Origin: Candidatus Limnocylindrales bacterium
GTDB taxonomy: Bacteria; Chloroflexota; Limnocylindria; Limnocylindrales; CSP1-4
Assembly: GCA_038250545.1 (NCBI GenBank)
Contig: JBBSCF010000008.1
Location: 23,519 to 87,518 of the forward strand
Direction: 5' to 3'
Length of the DNA: 64,000 bases
Each line of letters starts with the position of its first letter. Positions within the stretch are counted from its first letter, which is position 1. Position numbers and translations under genes: made by a program. The notes below the pieces were generated by a model. That model saw only the letters and a program-made list of their open reading frames with translations. It was not told the DNA's origin and did no database searches. Below are positions 9,731-18,244 of this stretch, piece by piece.

Positions 9731-10689
9731 TGCTGTCGCTCGACCACGTCTCCAAGGTCTACAAGACCGGCCCCTTCGGCGGGACGAACCTGGTCGCGGT
9801 CCGCGACGTCTCGTTCGCCATCTCGCCCGGCGAGGTCGTCTCGCTCATCGGCGAGAGCGGCAGCGGCAAGTCCACCATCGGCAAGATGATCCTGCGGCTG
9901 ATCAAGGTCAACGGCGGCCGCATCGACGTCGACGGCGACGACATCTCGACGCTGCGCGGCTCCACCCTGCGCGAGTACTACCGCCACGTCCAGGGCGTGT
10001 TCCAGGATCCGTTCAGCTCGTTCAACCCGATCTTCAAGGTGGATCACGTCTTCAGCATGGTCCACGGCGTGTACTTCGCCGGCGTCCCGGCCTCCGAGTG
10101 GCGCGGGCGCGTGGAGTCGGCGCTCGATGACGTCGGGCTCGAGGCGGGCCAGACCCTGCACAAGTACCCGCACCAGCTGAGTGGGGGCCAGCTCCAGCGA
10201 CTGCTGATCGCGCGTGCGCTCCTGCTGGACACGCGCTACCTCGTGGCCGACGAGATCATCAGCATGCTCGACGCTTCCACCCGGATCGACGTGCTCAACC
10301 TCCTCGGTGACCTCAAGGGCCGCGGCCTGGGCATCCTGTTCATCACCCACGACCTGTCGCTGGGCAACTACATCAGCGAGCGGGCGGTGATCCTGCGCCG
10401 TGGCCGCGTCGTGGAGATGGGGTCCACCGAGCGCGTGTTCGGCAACGCGGTCCACCCGTACACCCGGATGCTCCTCGCGTCGGTCCCGCGGCTTCACGAG
10501 CGATGGGGCTCCGCGGATGCGGCGACCGACGCCGGCCAAGGCGCCCTCTGTCCGGTCCACGATCGCGCCGGGGCGGGCCGCTCCGGCGACGGTCCGGAGC
10601 CGCCGCTCGTGGAGGTCGAGCCGGGCCACCTCGTCGGGTGCTCCGGCACGGGATCCGGCTGCCGCGAGGGGGCCGTCGCCGCCGCCTGA
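9730..10689 (+). CDS. ABC transporter ATP-binding protein (DppF/OppF-like)
   Basis: ATG overlaps the upstream TGA (TGATG). Walker A GESGSGKST, LSGGQLQR, Walker B YLVADE. Confidence 0.9.
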   Translation: MLSLDHVSKVYKTGPFGGTNLVAVRDVSFAISPGEVVSLIGESGSGKSTIGKMILRLIKVNGGRIDVDGDDISTLRGSTLREYYRHVQGVFQDPFSSFNPIFKVDHVFSMVHGVYFAGVPASEWRGRVESALDDVGLEAGQTLHKYPHQLSGGQLQRLLIARALLLDTRYLVADEIISMLDASTRIDVLNLLGDLKGRGLGILFITHDLSLGNYISERAVILRRGRVVEMGSTERVFGNAVHPYTRMLLASVPRLHERWGSADAATDAGQGALCPVHDRAGAGRSGDGPEPPLVEVEPGHLVGCSGTGSGCREGAVAAA

Positions 10690-10953
10690 CCCGCGGCTCC
10701 GCGATCCTCCGCGATCCTCCGCGACCCGGACGGCACGGCCCGGGATTCCCCGCAACGGCCGCTCTGGGCTTGGCCGCTTCGGGGCGCGCGCCGCGTGACG
10801 CAGCATGCGGGGCGGCGGATCGCCCCGGAGCGTCACCGCCGACCGGCCCGGCCGGCGCCTCCCCACTGGCGGCGGCCCGGGACCTCGCGGGGCCACGGCG
10901 CCCCGCCTCGTTGACGGTGCGGCTGCCTGGGCGGTCCCCGGGAGGTACGTGCG

Positions 10954-12495
10954 ATGCGTCGGCCGCTCCTGCTCCTCGTCCTGCTCGCCCTCGGCACCTC
11001 GGCCTGCGGCAGCGCGGCCGCGACGGCCGCGCCTGCGAACGGCGATCCGCCCACGCACCCGCGCTGGACGCCGGACCCGTGGCCCGCGTCGGAGGCTCCC
11101 GCGGCCGCGGCCCCCGCCGGGACCCCGTACGACGGGGTGACCTACGCCGACCCGGGCGTCAACCCCTACGTCCCCACCGACCGCGACCGGGAGTCGACGT
11201 TCGCGCTGGACGTGGACACGGCCTCCCACGCCATCCCCCGGCGCTACGTCCACGATGGCAACCTCCCGGACCCGGCATCGGTCCGTGTCGAGGAGTTCGT
11301 CAACGCCTTCGACCAGGGCTACGCGCCGCCGCGTGACGACACCTTCGCGATCCACGCGGGTGGCGGCCCCAGCCCGTTCCTGCCCCGGGACGAGGTCCTG
11401 CTGCGGGTGGGGATCCAGGCGCGGGTCATCGACGAGGAGGCGCGCAAGGACGCGGCGCTCACCTTCGTCATCGACACCTCGGGATCGATGGAGCGGGAAG
11501 ACCGCCTGGGGATCGTCAAGCGGGCGCTGGCGCTCCTCGTGGACCGCCTGGCCCGCACCGACACCGTCGCGATCGTGACCTACGGGTCCCAAGCACGGGT
11601 CGAGCTCGAGCCGACCTCCGCCAGGGACGCGGACCGCATCGTGGCGGCCATCGACGGGCTGCACACCGACGGCTCCACGAACGCCGAGGCGGGTCTCGCC
11701 CTGGGCTACCTGCTGGCCGCCGGCACGTTCCGCGAGGGCGGCATCAACCGCGTGATCCTGGCCTCGGACGGCGTTGCGAACGTGGGCGACACGGACCCCG
11801 AGTCCATCCTGCGGCGGATCAGCTGGGACGCCTCGCTGGGCGTTCAGCTGGTGACCGTGGGTTTCGGGATGGGCAACGACAACGACACGCCCATGGAGCA
11901 GCTCGCGGACAAGGGCGACGGCTTCTACGCGTACGTCAACACGCTCGACGACGCGCGCACGCTGTTCGGCCGCGACCTGACGTCAACGCTCCAGTCCGTC
12001 GCGCTCGACGCGAAGGCCCAGGTGGAGTTCGACCCGGCGGTCGTGGAGTCGTACCGGCTCATCGGCTACGAGAACCGAGACGTCGCCGACGACCGCTTCA
12101 CGGACGACTCGGTCGAGGCGGGTGCCATCGGAGCCGGGCACGCCAGCACCGCGCTCTACGCCCTGAAGCTGACCGGCGAGGGCCGCGCGTCCGACCGGCT
12201 CGCGACCGTCCGCGTGCGCTGGGCCGACCTGAACGGCGGTCGGACACGGGAGCTGGCCAAGGACGTCCGCGTGGGCGACCTCGCGGACCGCTTCGAGGCC
12301 ACGGATTCCGCCTTCCGGCTCGACGCCCTCGTCGCGGCCTCGGCCGAGGTCTTCCGCCAGAGCCGGTGGAGTGACCGGTCCACGCTGCGGGACGTCGTCG
12401 CCACGGCCTCCGAGGTGGTCGGTGCCCTGCCGCGATCCGACCAGGCCGCGGAGTTCCTCGCCTTCCTCGCGGACGCAGCGAGGCTGGGGCGCTAG
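10954..12495 (+). CDS. von Willebrand factor type A (vWA) domain lipoprotein, YfbK-like
   Basis: Signal/lipobox LLALGTSAC. MIDAS motif DTSGSM, later GSTN. GGGAGG RBS. 513 aa. Confidence 0.85.
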   Translation: MRRPLLLLVLLALGTSACGSAAATAAPANGDPPTHPRWTPDPWPASEAPAAAAPAGTPYDGVTYADPGVNPYVPTDRDRESTFALDVDTASHAIPRRYVHDGNLPDPASVRVEEFVNAFDQGYAPPRDDTFAIHAGGGPSPFLPRDEVLLRVGIQARVIDEEARKDAALTFVIDTSGSMEREDRLGIVKRALALLVDRLARTDTVAIVTYGSQARVELEPTSARDADRIVAAIDGLHTDGSTNAEAGLALGYLLAAGTFREGGINRVILASDGVANVGDTDPESILRRISWDASLGVQLVTVGFGMGNDNDTPMEQLADKGDGFYAYVNTLDDARTLFGRDLTSTLQSVALDAKAQVEFDPAVVESYRLIGYENRDVADDRFTDDSVEAGAIGAGHASTALYALKLTGEGRASDRLATVRVRWADLNGGRTRELAKDVRVGDLADRFEATDSAFRLDALVAASAEVFRQSRWSDRSTLRDVVATASEVVGALPRSDQAAEFLAFLADAARLGR

Positions 12496-12662
12496 GCGCT
12501 CTGTCGTCAACGGCCGGGGGGGTGGAGGAGCGCCGCCCCCGGCCACGCGGCCGCCGCGGGACGGCGGGCCGCCGTGGATCCCCGTCTCGCCACCCCTGCC
12601 GATGTTCCGGTGCCCCCATCGGGCCCTTGCGGGGGCGGCCAACCGGGCGCAGGATCGCGGGC

Positions 12663-13037
12663 ATGACGCCCGTGGCCACGCCCGAGACGCTCAACACGGG
12701 TCCCGAGGTGGTGATCCCGATCATCCTCGTGGCCGTCTGCGTCGTGGTGATCGCGATCCTGCTCCGCCGCGTTCTCCTGGCGGTCGTCGACGAGCTCGCC
12801 GACCTCGTGCGCACCTACGGCCCGGTGGCCGCCGGCAGGGCGCTGGACCGCCGGCCCGGCCTGGCGCCGACGCCGTGGTTCTGCAGCGGATGCTCGTCCT
12901 GGAACGGCCTCAGCGCCCGGCGCTGCTACCACTGCGGCGGGCGGCGGGAGGACTGCGAAGCCCCGGTCCCGGACGCCGACACGCCGCCCGGCGCGAGCGC
13001 CGGGCTCGCGAACCGGACCCGCAACCGGACCGGCTAG
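12663..13037 (+). CDS. Small single-pass membrane protein with C-terminal RanBP2-type zinc finger
   Basis: In-frame ATG inside track ORF 12522..13037. TM segment VVIPIILVAVCVVVIAILL. WFCSGCSSWNGLSARRCYHC fits W-x-C-x2-C-x3-N-x6-C-x2-C exactly. Confidence 0.55.
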   Translation: MTPVATPETLNTGPEVVIPIILVAVCVVVIAILLRRVLLAVVDELADLVRTYGPVAAGRALDRRPGLAPTPWFCSGCSSWNGLSARRCYHCGGRREDCEAPVPDADTPPGASAGLANRTRNRTG

Positions 13038-13104
13038 GCCCCCACCGGAATGAGGCGCCTCGGGCCAGGTCAGCGCCGGGCCGGCACCACGGATCAGCGA
13101 CGGC

Positions 13105-13824
13105 TCAGCGCCAGGCGGCGACGCTCCGGCTGGGCGGGTACGGCTGGTGAAAGAACCCCAGCAGGGGCTCACCCGTCGACTGGGCAACCGCGATCCGGTC
13201 GCGCCACGGCGCGCCGGGCCGTCCGCCGACCGTCACCCGCAGCTCCACGTCATCCCGGCCGGGGTGGTTGGGGTCGTAGACCCGCAGCGTGATCCGCCCC
13301 GCGGATGCCTCCCAGCCCCACGCGAGGACCTGGTGGTTCTGCGTCAGCATCCAGGGCGAGCCGCCCGCCGCGCGGATGAGCCCGACCACCGACGGGTGCC
13401 CGGCGTCGATCTCCGCCCGGATCCGGGGCCATTCCCGGAGCACGGTGGCCACACGCGGCGGCTCCCGCCGCAGGCGCAGCGCGAACCCCGCCGGGGGATC
13501 TGGGCGGAGGGCCTGCAGGTCGAGGTAGCGCAGCGGGACTCGCAGCCAGTCGAGGGACTGCACCTGGCGCCGGACGAGGGCCCGGAACCGGGGCGAGCCG
13601 TTGGCGGGTGGGGTCGCCTGGGCGGATGGCGCTGGGATCCCCGCCTCGTACAGGTCGCGGGCCGTCAGTGCCATGCCACCACACAGGCCCGCGGAGGCGT
13701 CGCCAAACCCGAGACGCCGGGGGTCGAACGGCCCGAGACGCAGGGTGGGCCCCGGCGGGAAGGCATTCACGAACGGGAGCCCGTAGCGCGATGGGAGGAA
13801 CCCCGTGACCGCGTTGGCCGCCAC
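13105..13824 (-). CDS. Hypothetical protein, candidate papain-fold (C39-like) cysteine peptidase
   Basis: 239-aa ORF with normal composition. GLCGGMA (Cys), NHQVLAWGW (His) and LRVYDPNHPG (Asp) occur in C..H..D order and resemble C39-type motifs. Confidence 0.65.
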   Translation of the reverse strand: MAANAVTGFLPSRYGLPFVNAFPPGPTLRLGPFDPRRLGFGDASAGLCGGMALTARDLYEAGIPAPSAQATPPANGSPRFRALVRRQVQSLDWLRVPLRYLDLQALRPDPPAGFALRLRREPPRVATVLREWPRIRAEIDAGHPSVVGLIRAAGGSPWMLTQNHQVLAWGWEASAGRITLRVYDPNHPGRDDVELRVTVGGRPGAPWRDRIAVAQSTGEPLLGFFHQPYPPSRSVAAWR

Positions 13825-13828
13825 GGCG

Positions 13829-14905
13829 CTAGTCCTCCCGACCGGCGGACGCGAGCTCGGACGCCAGGAGCGCCGCCAGCTCCCGGGCGTTGGTGGAACC
13901 GTAGTTCGCGTAGCAGTTGTTCATCAGCACGTGCGTGTCCTCCGCCGACGCGGCCGCTGACCCGATCCGGGGGACCCACTCCTCCAGCTCGTTGCGTGCG
14001 TACAGATAGCGGAAGCGCTCCACCGTCGGCAGCCCCGCCATGGCCTCCCAGGTCGCGGTGCGCCGTCCGTGGAACCGAACGACGGCGAGGCTCGGATCCG
14101 TCACCGCGACCACCGGCGGCACCGACGACTTGAAGCCCTGCGGCCCGTCCACCATGACCAGGGGGATGTGCTCGTCCTCGAGGAAGCGCAGCGTCCGCTC
14201 CACGTTCTTCTCGTTGAACCAGCTGGCGTTGCGGAACTCCACCGCGACCCGCAGCCCGAACGGCTGCAGGGCCGCCTTCGCCTCGCGGATGGCGTCGCGG
14301 TTCTCGGACGAGGTGAAGAACCACTTCGGATATTGCAGGAACACCGCGCCCAGCTGGCCGCTCTCGGCGAGTGGCGCGAGGCCATCCGCGAACTGGCGCC
14401 AGACCTCCGCCAGCAGCTCGCCCGGCAGGTCCTTCGCGTACAGGCGGGCCTTGGCGGCGAGCGTCGCGGGCAGCGCCTCGCGGAGCGCCTTCGGCAGCCG
14501 CTTCGTCTCCGTCGGCTGGCCGGTGAGCAGGGCGTGGGCCTTGATGTCGAACACGAAGTCGGGCGGGGTGCGCGCCACCCACAGCTCCGACAGCCTGCGC
14601 GAGGGGAGCGCGTCGTACGTCGCGTCCACCTCGACCACCGGGAAGCGCGACGCGTAGTAGCCCAGGCGCTCCTCGGCCGTCCCCGCCTCGGGCGGGTAGA
14701 ACACGCCGCCGGCGATCATCGTGGGGTCCGTCCAGGAGGCCGTGCCGACCCGGACCGTGTGGCCGCCGGGCGTGGAGAGCGGATCGGTGGCAGCCTCCTC
14801 GAGCGCGGCCGCCTCGAGGTGCGACCGGGCGATGTCCGGTCCGGGATCGTGGGCGGCGTCGAGGTCGTCCGCGGTGCGATGGGTGGCGGCCGGCTTGACA
14901 GGCAT
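13829..14905 (-). CDS. DUF72 (YecE-like) family protein with ~50-aa N-terminal extension
   Basis: VRVGTASWTDP..., FYP..., YASRFPVVEVDATYDALP, FLQYPKWF and FRNASWF are typical of DUF72. Confidence 0.85.
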   Translation of the reverse strand: MPVKPAATHRTADDLDAAHDPGPDIARSHLEAAALEEAATDPLSTPGGHTVRVGTASWTDPTMIAGGVFYPPEAGTAEERLGYYASRFPVVEVDATYDALPSRRLSELWVARTPPDFVFDIKAHALLTGQPTETKRLPKALREALPATLAAKARLYAKDLPGELLAEVWRQFADGLAPLAESGQLGAVFLQYPKWFFTSSENRDAIREAKAALQPFGLRVAVEFRNASWFNEKNVERTLRFLEDEHIPLVMVDGPQGFKSSVPPVVAVTDPSLAVVRFHGRRTATWEAMAGLPTVERFRYLYARNELEEWVPRIGSAAASAEDTHVLMNNCYANYGSTNARELAALLASELASAGRED

Positions 14906-14917
14906 GACAGCCGTAGG

Positions 14918-16018
14918 CTAGCCCGCGGCGGCGCGCTCGGCCAGCACACGCCGGTAGGCGCGCTCGTACTCGTCCGCCATCCGCACCGCCGAGAAGCGTT
15001 CCAAGGCGCGCGCGCGGACCAGCCGCCGGTCCAGGTCCGGGATCCGCTCCACCGCGAGCACGGCCTCGTCGACATCGTCCACCAGGAAGCCCGTGACGCC
15101 ATGCTCCACGGTCTCGGTCAGGGCGCCGGCCCGGCGGGCGATCACGGGCGTGCCGGTCGCCATCGACTCGATCGCCACGAGCCCGAACGGCTCAGGCCAG
15201 GCACCGAGCATGATCGTCGCCAGCGCGCCCGCATACAGCGGGTCCCGCTCCTCCGGGCCCACCTCGCCGAGGAAGTCGAGCTCGTCTGCCTCGATCGCGG
15301 GTCGGACGACCTCCTCGAAGTGGCGCCATTCCTCGGGCGAGAGGACCTTGGCTGCCGCGCGGAGCCGGAGATGGGTTCGCCGGCTCAGCTCCAGCGCGTC
15401 CCGGATGCCCTTCTGTCCCGTCACCCGGCCCACGAAGGCGAGGTAGGTGCCGTGTGTCACCCGAAAGGGCATCGCCTCGAGCGGCAACCCATGGTGGATG
15501 GTCGCCACCCAGTGTTGCTCCGGGAAGAAGCGGCGCTGGCTCTCGCTGATGGCCACCAGGGGCATGTCCCGGTGCGCCGCGAGCAGCTCGGGCATCCCGG
15601 GAGCGTCCAGCCGACCGTGCAGCGTCGCGATGACCGGCGTCGCGCAACGCCGGCCCAGCTCGAACGAGGCCTGCTCCAGGTGCGCGTGGACGATGTCGAA
15701 CCGGGGGGCCTCGAGCAACGTGACCTCCACGGTGTGCTGCATGGCGTCGGCCATGTCGCCGACGTATCCGGCGGACCAGAGGCCCCGCGCCACCGTGGGG
15801 ATGTGCTCGTAGGGGACGGACGAGTCGCCCGACGCGACGAGCGCGACGGCGTGGCCCCGCCGGTGCAGCTGTTCGCCGAGCGCCGCGATCACGCGCTCCG
15901 TGCCGGCATAGGACGGCGGGGGTACCGGGAGCAACGGCGGGGCGACGAGCAGGACGCGGAGACGCCCCTGGCCGACCGCGGGTGCCGTCGGTTCCATCAG
16001 GGCCACAGACGTTCCCAT
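14918..16018 (-). CDS. Glycosyltransferase family 4 (GT-B)
   Basis: LRVLLVAPPLLPVPPPSYAGTERV N-terminus. EPFGLVAIESMATGTPVIA (E-x7-E region). An alternative start at 15997 is possible. Confidence 0.88.
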   Translation of the reverse strand: MGTSVALMEPTAPAVGQGRLRVLLVAPPLLPVPPPSYAGTERVIAALGEQLHRRGHAVALVASGDSSVPYEHIPTVARGLWSAGYVGDMADAMQHTVEVTLLEAPRFDIVHAHLEQASFELGRRCATPVIATLHGRLDAPGMPELLAAHRDMPLVAISESQRRFFPEQHWVATIHHGLPLEAMPFRVTHGTYLAFVGRVTGQKGIRDALELSRRTHLRLRAAAKVLSPEEWRHFEEVVRPAIEADELDFLGEVGPEERDPLYAGALATIMLGAWPEPFGLVAIESMATGTPVIARRAGALTETVEHGVTGFLVDDVDEAVLAVERIPDLDRRLVRARALERFSAVRMADEYERAYRRVLAERAAAG

Positions 16019-16126
16019 GCTTCCAGTCGACCACGGGGTCGGGCGACTGGCCCATTCCGCGGAGGAGACCCCGCGTTGCGAAGCCGTTGCGATCGCCGCC
16101 GGGGACCGGCGGCTCCATGATCCGGG

Positions 16127-18100
16127 CTAGCCGTTCCCCCGGAGTGGCGGCATGATCGGCGCCGGCGAGGGCGTGGGGGGGGGCGGCGCCGCGTTGACCG
16201 TGACCCGGATGATCGCCGGCGCGCTGCCCAGGGAGGACATCGGTCCGCTCTCCGGGGTGAGCACGTCCAGCAGCAGCAGGTAGGTGCCCGGGCCATCCGG
16301 AGCCTGCAGCACCAGGAGCGTGTCCGTGGCTCCGCCGGGGGCGAAGACGGCCTCGTCGAGGCGGATGCTGAGGGGAGCCGGGACCGGGGAGCCATCGCCG
16401 GACACCCATGTCGCGACGAGATAGGCGGGGAGCGTCGTCGTCCGCTGCACGACGCCGGGCTCGTTGGCCACCCGGGTCGGCGGCGCGGTCACGATCTGGT
16501 CCCAGCGCACCGCGCCGGCGTTGAGCACGCGGACCGGGACCTCGGACGGGGTGCCGGCCGTCACAGCGAGGGTCGCGGGGGCGCCGTAGGCGACGGCCCG
16601 GGTGCCGCCCACGCGGACCAGCACCGGCACCAGCAGGGCCTGCGTCGGAGCGTCGTACGCGACGCCCTCGGGGGTATGGAGCGTGGCCGTCAGCCGGTAG
16701 AGACCGGGCGCCGGTGGGTACGTCACGTCGAGCGAGAGGCCGCTCGCACCGCGGACGGCCTTCGCCGGCGTCACCACCGTGCCGGCCTGCTCCGGGATGA
16801 CGAGGTCGACCTCGGGCGCCACCGGCGTGGGCTCGGGCGTGAGGGTGGGCGCGGGCGTCGGCGTGGGCTCGGGCGTCGGCGTGGGCTCGGGCGTGAGGGT
16901 GGGCGCGTTGGGCCGCTCGAACCGCGCGACAACGTTGGGGTCGACGGTGGGCGAGGGCTCCGGCGTCGGTACCGGGGTGGGGGTGGGGACCGGGGCCGGG
17001 GTGGGCGTGGGGGCGACCGTCGGGTCGGGGGCCGGCGGCGCGTCGAGCAGGATGGGGTTCCAGCGGATCGAGACCTGCGCCCCGGCCGGGATGCGGGTGG
17101 CCCGTCCGCTGGAGAGTGGCAGCGTGAGGCGGGTCCCCGTCGCGGCGATCGGCAGCGTGGAGAACGCCGGCTCCCCGAACCGGACGCCGGTGCTCACGAG
17201 GGACGGTTCCGTCGGCGGAGCGATGACGCCGCCCGTGCCGGTGCCCGTCGCCCCGGCCCGGACCTCGGCGGCGGTGAGGCCGCGGGACACGAGGGACCGG
17301 ACGTAGCCGCCCGTGGCGCGCTGCGGGTCCAGGTGGAGCTTGTAGCCCGGTGTCCGGGTGCTGCCGGCGACGATCGCGTGGCGTGCGACGGAGGTCGGCG
17401 ACGCGGACCAGATGGCCTCGATGTTGCCGCGGTCGCGCAGGAGCGCCTTCACGTAGTACGCGGGCCCGAGGTAGGCCTCGGCGATGACGGCGCGGGCACC
17501 CGCCCGCAGGAAGCCCGCCGCATAGTTGTCGACGCGCTGCACCGCCTGGTCCTGGGTGCCCTCGGCGAGGCCGGGCTCGGAGTTGCCGCTCGCATAGCAC
17601 AGGTGGCTCAGCACCACGACGGCGTTGGGCGCGAGCTGGAGGCGGGCGATCACGTTCTCGCCGAAGTACTGGTGGTTGTAGTCGTCGCCGCCGGCCTGCG
17701 GGTTGAGGCCGAACCCGTTCTGGGAGGGCGGATAGAGCGCGTCCCGGTAGCGACTCGGCCAGCCGTTCCCGTGGCCGAGGTACACGACGATCGACGCCCC
17801 CGTCACGGCGCGCTTCACGGCCGTCCAGGTGGCGTCCGGGGAGTAGGCGGTCACGACCTCGGCACCGGCGGCGGTCGCCGCCTTGACCGCTTCGTCGGCG
17901 AGCGACCGGTAGGCGCCGGTGATGCTGCCCGCGGGCCCGACGATGACCGCGACCCTCGGGACGCGCGATTCCGCCGCGGCGGGTGCGACCGCACCCGTCG
18001 CGCCGACCAGCGCCATAAGGACCGCGACGAGCGTCGCGCGGAGCCAGCGATTCAGCGATCCGTCTCCTTGCCGAGGATGCCGGGCGTTCAGGCCGTGCAC
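16127..18100 (-). CDS. Secreted multidomain protein: N-terminal caspase-fold-like (clan CD-like) domain, Pro/Thr linkers, C-terminal Ig-like repeats
   Basis: Signal peptide RWLRATLVAVLMALVGATGAVAPAAAES. IVVYLGHGNG and AVVVLSHLCYASG lie ~57 aa apart. PT-rich linkers. Two similar beta-rich C-terminal modules. The start codon (GTG 18100) is uncertain. Confidence 0.75.
   Translation of the reverse strand: MHGLNARHPRQGDGSLNRWLRATLVAVLMALVGATGAVAPAAAESRVPRVAVIVGPAGSITGAYRSLADEAVKAATAAGAEVVTAYSPDATWTAVKRAVTGASIVVYLGHGNGWPSRYRDALYPPSQNGFGLNPQAGGDDYNHQYFGENVIARLQLAPNAVVVLSHLCYASGNSEPGLAEGTQDQAVQRVDNYAAGFLRAGARAVIAEAYLGPAYYVKALLRDRGNIEAIWSASPTSVARHAIVAGSTRTPGYKLHLDPQRATGGYVRSLVSRGLTAAEVRAGATGTGTGGVIAPPTEPSLVSTGVRFGEPAFSTLPIAATGTRLTLPLSSGRATRIPAGAQVSIRWNPILLDAPPAPDPTVAPTPTPAPVPTPTPVPTPEPSPTVDPNVVARFERPNAPTLTPEPTPTPEPTPTPAPTLTPEPTPVAPEVDLVIPEQAGTVVTPAKAVRGASGLSLDVTYPPAPGLYRLTATLHTPEGVAYDAPTQALLVPVLVRVGGTRAVAYGAPATLAVTAGTPSEVPVRVLNAGAVRWDQIVTAPPTRVANEPGVVQRTTTLPAYLVATWVSGDGSPVPAPLSIRLDEAVFAPGGATDTLLVLQAPDGPGTYLLLLDVLTPESGPMSSLGSAPAIIRVTVNAAPPPPTPSPAPIMPPLRGNG
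16824..16907. repeat. Exact 30-nt direct repeat (16824-16853 and 16878-16907, 54-nt period) inside the PT-linker coding region
   Basis: GGCGTGGGCTCGGGCGTGAGGGTGGGCGCG occurs twice with an 18-nt related unit between. Encodes APTLTPEPTP repeats on the minus strand. Confidence 0.8.
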
Positions 18101-18232
18101 CGTAGCCTACGACCCTTATCGCCCGCTGGGAAGTGAGGTTCAGCCGACCGACCCGTGCCGGTCGACCCTGGGCCAGTCTTGCGGTGACCGGGTGCACCGT
18201 CCAGCCCCCAGATACGGGGTTCCGGACCCGCG

Positions 18233-18238
18233 TACCAT
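18233..18238 (+). promoter_or_regulatory. -10 box TACCAT 6 nt upstream of the yyaL-like ATG (leaderless candidate)
   Basis: TAnnnT hexamer. No Shine-Dalgarno between it and ATG 18245. Confidence 0.45.
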
Positions 18239-18244
18239 CGGGGC

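Noticed and set aside
10697-10725. Tandem 10-mer CTCCGCGATC x2.9 just after the ABC ATPase stop.
   Set aside because: It is too short and simple to assign a function and is probably a slippage product. There is no palindrome or promoter context.
16780-17040. Repetitive GGC/GTG-rich DNA, considered as a possible CRISPR array or minisatellite.
   Set aside because: The units are 18-30 nt with no unique spacers. They are in frame and encode the Pro/Thr linker of a secreted protein. No cas genes are nearby.
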